A DNA stretch of 59,121 nt, from assembly GCA_002496355.1 (NCBI GenBank), contig DAJP01000050.1, positions 1,810 through 60,930 on the forward strand. Reading direction: 5' to 3'. The notes beneath the pieces are model-generated. The model made no database searches. It was not told the DNA's origin and saw only the letters and a list, made by a program, of their open reading frames with translations. This document shows positions 53,184-59,121 of this stretch, in pieces (the stretch's first letter is position 1; each line of letters opens with the position of its first letter). The DNA comes from Euryarchaeota archaeon UBA346. GTDB lineage: Archaea; Thermoplasmatota; E2; DHVEG-1. The position numbers and the translations under genes are program-made.

Positions 53184-54062
53184 ATGGCGCATGTCGCATC
53201 ATGGAAACACGGGGAGGTCTCAGAGATTACATCTCTGGTGACTCACCATAAAATCATCGGAATCCTTGATATCGGAGGTATTCCTGCTCCACAGCTTCAG
53301 CAGATGCGAGGTGGTATCCGAGCGAAAGCTCAGATCCGTGCATCGAAGAACACACTGATTTTAAAAGCATTAGACGAAGCGGAATCTCAGGTGAAAGGAA
53401 TCGGTGCCCTGAAAGATGAGGTGCACGGTCAAGCCGCTATCATCGCGACCGATATGAACCCGTTCGCATTATATCGAGAGATAAAAGCAACACGGAAGAT
53501 GGCCCCAGCAAAAGGAGGCGAAATCGCATCCCATGATATTGAGGTTCTCGCGGGGGACACTCCCTTCAAACCTGGTCCGATCGTCGGAGAACTTCAAAAA
53601 GTAGGGATCCCAGCCGCTATTTCGGAAGGAAAAGTCGTCATTAAGAGCGACAAAGTCCTTGTCGAAGCAGGACAGAAGATTTCACGGGAACTTGCTCAAA
53701 TGCTTTCTCGTCTCGATATTTTCCCTATTGAACTTGGATTGAAATTAAACGCCGTGTATGAACTCGGCGATATTTACCGACCAGACGTCCTTGATATTGA
53801 CATGGATCGGTTCATGGGCCAGTTACGAACAGCATCATTTACTGCATTAGGCCTCGCGATGGAGACCGGCTGGGCAAATCCCCAGACGATTCGTCCTCTG
53901 TTAGCAAAGGCATATCTGAGCGCACATACTCTTGCGGTGGAAAAGAACATTTACACCAAGGATACTATGAAGACGCTACTTGCCAAGGCACAACGTTCGA
54001 TGCTGTCTGTTTCATCACAGGTTAAACCTGTTAGTAAAGAGGGCGAAAAAACCCCAACCTAG
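53184..54062 (+). CDS. rpl10: 50S ribosomal protein uL10 (P0)
   Basis: MAHVASWK, LQQMR, KNTL, GDTPFKPGP, three C-terminal spine helices. Confidence 0.96.
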   Translation: MAHVASWKHGEVSEITSLVTHHKIIGILDIGGIPAPQLQQMRGGIRAKAQIRASKNTLILKALDEAESQVKGIGALKDEVHGQAAIIATDMNPFALYREIKATRKMAPAKGGEIASHDIEVLAGDTPFKPGPIVGELQKVGIPAAISEGKVVIKSDKVLVEAGQKISRELAQMLSRLDIFPIELGLKLNAVYELGDIYRPDVLDIDMDRFMGQLRTASFTALGLAMETGWANPQTIRPLLAKAYLSAHTLAVEKNIYTKDTMKTLLAKAQRSMLSVSSQVKPVSKEGEKTPT

Positions 54063-54077
54063 TAGGAGGACAAAGCT

Positions 54078-54377
54078 ATGGAGTATGTATATAGTGCGAT
54101 GCTTCTGCATTCCGCAGGCCAACCTATTAACGAAGAGAATGTAAAGAAAGTTCTCACTGCCGCTGGTGTAAAAACTGATGCCGCACGAGTAAAAGCACTT
54201 GTTGCTTCACTCGAGGGTGTCAATATTGACGAGGCGATAAAAGCAGCCGCCGTCCCAGTCGCAGCGCCTGCCGCAGCCGCAGCACCTGCTGAAAAGAAAG
54301 AGAAAAAGAAAGAAGAAAAGAAAGAAGAAGTTACTCAAGACGAAGCAGCAGCTGGACTTAGCGCGTTATTTGATTAA
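54078..54377 (+). CDS. rpl12: 50S ribosomal protein P1/aL12
   Basis: [11 protein letters not shown], Ala-rich hinge, acidic tail ending GLSALFD. Confidence 0.97.
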   Translation: MEYVYSAMLLHSAGQPINEENVKKVLTAAGVKTDAARVKALVASLEGVNIDEAIKAAAVPVAAPAAAAAPAEKKEKKKEEKKEEVTQDEAAAGLSALFD

Positions 54378-54383
54378 AGATGC

Positions 54384-54427
54384 AGAGGTTGTCATCACAC
54401 AACCCTCTTCTTTTTGTTTTTTTCTCA
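54384..54427 (+). terminator. Hairpin plus T-tract terminator after rpl12
   Basis: AGAGGTTGT / ACAACCCTCT stem followed by TCTTTTTGTTTTTTT. Confidence 0.6.
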
Positions 54428-54509
54428 TCATATTTTTTCTAAAGAGCCCTCGTGATAGATTTTTCATACGACCATCATTTATAATGATTTTAAAAAAAAC
54501 AATGAAAGG

Positions 54510-54600
54510 TGGGGGACGGGATGCATTGGATGGGAGGAAAATGCCTTTAGTGGAAAGCAGATATCTAAAGATACCTCCCCAATGTCTATTGTGTCCCCCA
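54510..54600. repeat. ~90-nt imperfect inverted repeat in a convergent intergenic region
   Basis: Nested stems TGGGGGAC/GTCCCCCA, CATTGG..GGAGG/CCTCC.CCAATG, CTTTAG/CTAAAG. Confidence 0.5.
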
Positions 54601-54725
54601 ACAACAAATAATCATGGAAAATAAATAGTTTTCCCCCACTGTTCCTTCTCCTGTTGATTTTTTGTATGCTTGAAGTGTCTGATAGGCCTCGCACAAGAGA
54701 TGAAAACAAGGGTTGTTATCCCTGT

Positions 54726-56576
54726 CTATTGGTAGCCTCCGGTCATCAGACTTGGGTCGCCAAGGAGCATGAATTCTTCAATTGTGAAATAATCTGGTCC
54801 GACGTTTTGGATATACGCATTTTGTGAGCTGGTCAACATCTGGCCAATGGTGATTCCGTCGGTATAGGCGTCGAAGAAATGCACATTCAGGTAACCAGCA
54901 CCGCCATACACACCATTGGAATCAACCCAGGTATATGCCGTTCGTGTCGATCCGATCGTCGCAATCGCTCCACCTTGCTCGTTTGCCAGAAAACTCCAGG
55001 CGAAACATTGGTAAAAATCATGGGGATCTGATGAGAGGCTGAAGATTCTGACCAAGGTATTAGTCATTTTTGGGTAATAGTTCCGCAGATCAGTGATATT
55101 GAAATCCAGTTTTGCCGTCAGACAGGCATCAAAGAAGATAATGGGTAGTTTATAGCCGTTTTTCAACCCTTTTAAATACGGGGTGTAATAGTAGATTTTA
55201 GCTTTTGTTATCGCGTTAGGTCGGGACGTCCCCCATCCATGTTCAAACCCGTGACCTGAATAGCTAACAAACCCAGCACCTTTATTGATTGCCCAGTTGA
55301 AATTAATGCGATGAAGATTGAATTTTGAGGTCCAAAGGAATGTCTGTTGGAAATCAGGCATCGTCTGAGCCACCTTGATATTCGTAATCTCTCCTTCGTA
55401 GACAAAGGGTGGAGCACCCATGCTCACGGGGAAGGTATCTCCCCCTGCAAGAATAAGGCGTTTGAACCAGATCTGATTTGAGGTCTCCTGCTCATAGACA
55501 ATGATTTTACTGACGACCGTTTGGACTTCTGTGACATCTGCGCAGGCGAGCCTTCCGATATGCACGTCCGCGTACAAATCAACACCGTCGAGATCGTAAC
55601 CGTCTTCATCGATCTCACCGAACCGATCATTCCCGTTTGCATCCCAGCTGCAGAAATCTCCATTCGCATCAAAAACGTCTCCATAGTAAAGATCTGATAG
55701 GAGGTCTTGTTCCCACCAAGATGCGTAGGTGAAACGGATCGGAAGTTTCTTCATGTCACCGACTAGCAGGACATACTTGGTATCCCACTCCTCGGCTGCT
55801 TCCTTGATGAAGTATTTGATCCGTTCAGCGTCATCTCGTCCATAATGCGAGCCGTAAATCTCCTCAAGTGGGACAAGGATGGTGGAGACACCATAGCTGT
55901 TCTTGTGGTTAATAAGCGGCTGCAACGACTCAGAAAATTCAGTAGGGGAGATGATCACTAAGGAGTACGGTTCTGAGGAAGCAGGAGCAGGAGCCCCCTC
56001 CGTATAGCTGATTTCAATGGTGAAATGAGTGCTATAGAGCAGCGTATCAGAATTTGGTGCATAACGAACGGGATTGATCTGGACGGTAACAAAGAGAGTA
56101 TGGTCATTGTCACTGTTTAACCCAGCCCCAGAGTTGACCGTGTACCATGATGTAGGGTACAATTGATCATTGCCATAGACATCCTCATTGAACACACCAT
56201 CCACTGGGACGAGTTGATCACCAATCTTTTGTTTGGTCGGAACCGGTCGAATGAGCTTTTCCACAATCATGGTCTGCATCGTCGATGGCTCAACATCAAC
56301 AGAGATGATCCTGGTTCCAAGAGGAAACTCAAAGGTTTTTGAGAACGTCGGCAACATGGGGCATCCTTCTACGGTGAGCACCCCGGTCGCCATATTGACA
56401 ATGATTTCACCAAGGTTATCCTTGACATTCAGAACCGGAACTGAGAAAGCAACCTGATCCACGAGAACTTCCTGTTCGACAGTATCCCTTTGAGCAATCG
56501 CAGGCATAACGTTAGCAATCAGTAAAAGAAGTAGTATTCCACCTATGATGAAAGTATGTATCTGCGTGTTCTTCAT
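54726..56576 (-). CDS. Secreted C25-family (gingipain-like) cysteine peptidase with propeptide
   Basis: Signal peptide, G.PMLP propeptide, YVLLVGD, SDLYY, IGRL, catalytic SGHG and DACLT, LLGDPSL. Confidence 0.92.
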   Translation of the reverse strand: MKNTQIHTFIIGGILLLLLIANVMPAIAQRDTVEQEVLVDQVAFSVPVLNVKDNLGEIIVNMATGVLTVEGCPMLPTFSKTFEFPLGTRIISVDVEPSTMQTMIVEKLIRPVPTKQKIGDQLVPVDGVFNEDVYGNDQLYPTSWYTVNSGAGLNSDNDHTLFVTVQINPVRYAPNSDTLLYSTHFTIEISYTEGAPAPASSEPYSLVIISPTEFSESLQPLINHKNSYGVSTILVPLEEIYGSHYGRDDAERIKYFIKEAAEEWDTKYVLLVGDMKKLPIRFTYASWWEQDLLSDLYYGDVFDANGDFCSWDANGNDRFGEIDEDGYDLDGVDLYADVHIGRLACADVTEVQTVVSKIIVYEQETSNQIWFKRLILAGGDTFPVSMGAPPFVYEGEITNIKVAQTMPDFQQTFLWTSKFNLHRINFNWAINKGAGFVSYSGHGFEHGWGTSRPNAITKAKIYYYTPYLKGLKNGYKLPIIFFDACLTAKLDFNITDLRNYYPKMTNTLVRIFSLSSDPHDFYQCFAWSFLANEQGGAIATIGSTRTAYTWVDSNGVYGGAGYLNVHFFDAYTDGITIGQMLTSSQNAYIQNVGPDYFTIEEFMLLGDPSLMTGGYQ

Positions 56577-56792
56577 ATAATATCCCCTTGGAAAGAGCGA
56601 ATCAAATAGTCCTATATTAATCTTGATTCTCAAATCAATTTAACGAGGCTATTGTATTTAAGATTTGTTATAATAAAATTGGTCAAACACCAAGCGATTC
56701 TCACCCCATAAAAACCAGAGTTCTTGGAGAAGAGACTTTAAATATTAAAAGCCGTATACTGCCTCACTTCCATCAGATAAAACAGGTGAACT

Positions 56793-57224
56793 ATGGGCAA
56801 AGGAATAAACGCCGCACGCCAACTAAAAAAAGCACGAAAGAACCAATTGTGGAACGACCGGTACTACAAAAAACGAATCCTTCATCTCAAAGAAAAAGCA
56901 GATCCACTCGGAGGCGTACCACAAGCGCGAGGCATCGTTATCGAAAAGGTTGGTATCGAGGCAAAACAGCCCAACTCAGCAATCCGGAAATGCGTCAAAA
57001 TCCAACTTATAAAAAACGGTCGGCAGATCACCGCGTTTGCCCCAGGCAACCATGCGATTGGATTCATCGATGAACACGACGAAGTCGTCGTCGAAGGCAT
57101 CGGTGGTCGGATGGGGCGAAGTTATGGTGATATCCCTGGCGTCCGTTTCAAAGTCATCAAAGTCAATGATGTCTCTTTAGACCAACTGGTAAAAGGAAAA
57201 ATTGAGAAACCAATGAGACGGTAA
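56793..57224 (+). CDS. rps12: 30S ribosomal protein uS12
   Basis: [20 protein letters not shown]. Confidence 0.98.
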   Translation: MGKGINAARQLKKARKNQLWNDRYYKKRILHLKEKADPLGGVPQARGIVIEKVGIEAKQPNSAIRKCVKIQLIKNGRQITAFAPGNHAIGFIDEHDEVVVEGIGGRMGRSYGDIPGVRFKVIKVNDVSLDQLVKGKIEKPMRR

Positions 57225-57226
57225 CT

Positions 57227-57820
57227 ATGAGTGAAAAGAAAGACCCACAACCCAGTGCAGCATTCTTCCCGATGTTCTTAAAATACGACCTTAGCACAAT
57301 AAAAATCGAAGACCTAGGTCTGCAACGGTACATCAACCTCGAAAACAAGGATTTCTTCCTTGGTGCACCACATGCGAACAAGATGTTCGGGAAAGCAAAT
57401 GTCCCGATTATCGAACGACTCATCAACATCCTGATGAAAACCGAGATGTACACCGGGCAGAAGACCAAGGCATATACCGCGGTCCGCAAAGCATTTGAAA
57501 TCATCGATAAACGCACCAAAACGAACCCAGTCCAAGTCCTCATCGATGCGTTACAAAACGCAGCACCAAAAGAGGAAACAACCCGGTTACGGTTTGGTGG
57601 CATCATGGTTCCAAAAGCGGTGGATATCTCACCGCAACGCAGACTGGACATCGCGTTACGTAACATTTGCACGGGTTCCATGACTGCGAGTCATAAAAAT
57701 AAGAAGAGAATCGAGGCATGTCTTGCTGATGAGCTCTTCAAGGCTAGCAAGAATGATCCTGCATCTTTTGCGGTTGCAAAGAAAAATGATCTTGAACGGG
57801 TCGCCAAAGCAGCTCGATAA
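57227..57820 (+). CDS. rps7: 30S ribosomal protein uS7
   Basis: IIERLIN, NPVQVL, AVDISPQRR, ERVAKAAR. Confidence 0.97.
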   Translation: MSEKKDPQPSAAFFPMFLKYDLSTIKIEDLGLQRYINLENKDFFLGAPHANKMFGKANVPIIERLINILMKTEMYTGQKTKAYTAVRKAFEIIDKRTKTNPVQVLIDALQNAAPKEETTRLRFGGIMVPKAVDISPQRRLDIALRNICTGSMTASHKNKKRIEACLADELFKASKNDPASFAVAKKNDLERVAKAAR

Positions 57821-57856
57821 AAAAATAAGATATGGATTTTTGAAGGTGTATAACAC

Positions 57857-59121
57857 ATGGGGCGAAAAGAAGAGAATATTCAAAAAGCAACAGCGCTGAT
57901 GAATAAATTAGATCATATTCGAAACATTGGGATTGCTGCACATATTGATCATGGGAAAACCACGTTTTCAGATAACCTCATCGCAGGTTGCGGGATGATG
58001 AGCGAGGAGCTTGCTGGGAAACAACTGGTCTTAGATTACGATGAGCAGGAGCAGGCTCGTGGGATTACGATTAACGCGGCATCAGCATCCATGGTTCACA
58101 ACGTTGAGGGACAAGATTACCTGATTAACTTAATTGATACACCCGGTCATGTCGACTTTGGTGGTGATGTTACCCGTGCGATGCGAGCAGTAGATGGTTG
58201 CATCATTGTCGTCTGTGCCGTAGAAGGTGCGATGCCACAGACGGAAACGGTGATTCGTCAAGCGATTCGTGAAAAAGTAAAACCAGTATTATTCATCAAC
58301 AAGGTAGACCGACTTATTAATGAACTTCGAGTCACACCAGAAGAGATGCAAAATCGATTCATTAAAATCATCAACAGGTTCAACGAACTTCTCGATCGTG
58401 TTGTCCCTGATGAGTTCAAAGGGAAATGGAACGTGAAAGTCGATAACGGAACTGTTGCGTTTGGTTCCGCGTTCCATAACTGGGCGGTCTCCGTTCCCCG
58501 TATGAAAAAAACTAACTTAGGATTCAAAGATGTCTATAACTACTGTAAGGACAATGATCAGAAAACCTTAGCGAAACGATCCCCTATCCATGAAGTTGTT
58601 TTAGACATGGTTATTGGTCATCTCCCGTCACCGAATGTTGCACAAAAATATAGGATTCCGCATATCTGGAGAGGGGATTTGACTACCGCTCTTGGGAAAA
58701 GCATGGTCGAGTGTAATGAGAATGGACCGTTAGCGTTGATGGTTACGAAGATTATCCTTGATCCGCATGCCGGCGAGGTGGCGATTGGTCGGATGTTCAG
58801 TGGAAAGATCCAGCGTGGTCAGGAATTATATGTCATTGGCATGCCGAACAAGAATCGTGTCCAGCAGGTCAACGTCATGGTTGGACCCGACCGTATCCCC
58901 ATTGAGTATGTGAGTGCAGGAAATATTGTTGCCGCAACTGGTATCCGTGATGCGATCGCAGGATGTACCGTGACCGATAACCCTGAGGCTGAACCCTTTG
59001 AGCGTATCGTACATGTCTCCGAGCCGGTCGTCACAGTCGCTGTCGAGGCGAAAAATACAAAGGATCTTCCAAAACTCGTTGAGGTACTTCGATTAATCTC
59101 CAAGGCAGACCCCAGTATCCA
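57857..59121 (+). CDS. fusA: Elongation factor EF-2 (3'-truncated by window edge)
   Basis: Not in the ORF track because it has no stop in the window. ATG 57857, then [34 protein letters not shown]. Confidence 0.97.
   Translation, partial: MGRKEENIQKATALMNKLDHIRNIGIAAHIDHGKTTFSDNLIAGCGMMSEELAGKQLVLDYDEQEQARGITINAASASMVHNVEGQDYLINLIDTPGHVDFGGDVTRAMRAVDGCIIVVCAVEGAMPQTETVIRQAIREKVKPVLFINKVDRLINELRVTPEEMQNRFIKIINRFNELLDRVVPDEFKGKWNVKVDNGTVAFGSAFHNWAVSVPRMKKTNLGFKDVYNYCKDNDQKTLAKRSPIHEVVLDMVIGHLPSPNVAQKYRIPHIWRGDLTTALGKSMVECNENGPLALMVTKIILDPHAGEVAIGRMFSGKIQRGQELYVIGMPNKNRVQQVNVMVGPDRIPIEYVSAGNIVAATGIRDAIAGCTVTDNPEAEPFERIVHVSEPVVTVAVEAKNTKDLPKLVEVLRLISKADPSI

Overview
This is an archaeal chromosomal window. 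Archaeal CCA-adding enzyme, TiaS, LonB, P0/P1 ribosomal stalk, EF-2 and a secreted gingipain-type C25 protease point, by inference, to Thermoplasmatota, probably Thermoprofundales/MBG-D. It is gene-dense, with about 45 CDS and one tRNA-Gly(GCC). I found no CRISPR array, integrase or transposase. Housekeeping blocks are thpR-cca, ychF, lonB-nadM, pdxST, ribK, tiaS, rpl1-10-12 and rps12-rps7-EF2. The best candidate for an undescribed system is an isoprenoid/lipid-tailoring locus at about 16.5-27.6 kb. It carries four UbiA-family prenyltransferases, a geranylgeranyl reductase, a CrtI-like FAD oxidoreductase, a CruF-like hydratase and a ~1060-aa membrane-anchored surface protein, with an MMPL exporter nearby. 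Other signals read directly from the sequence: (1) at least three conserved genes (GGR, pdxT, tiaS) appear to need ATA/ATC start codons; (2) a TrpY-trpB2 divergon has five 10-bp-phased TRP boxes; (3) there are sharp local G/T-to-C/A strand-skew switches, one inside a gene; (4) a bacterial-type NAD ligase is paired with PolX; (5) a MetV-MetF pair is present. All family assignments come from motif recognition by eye; no database search was run.
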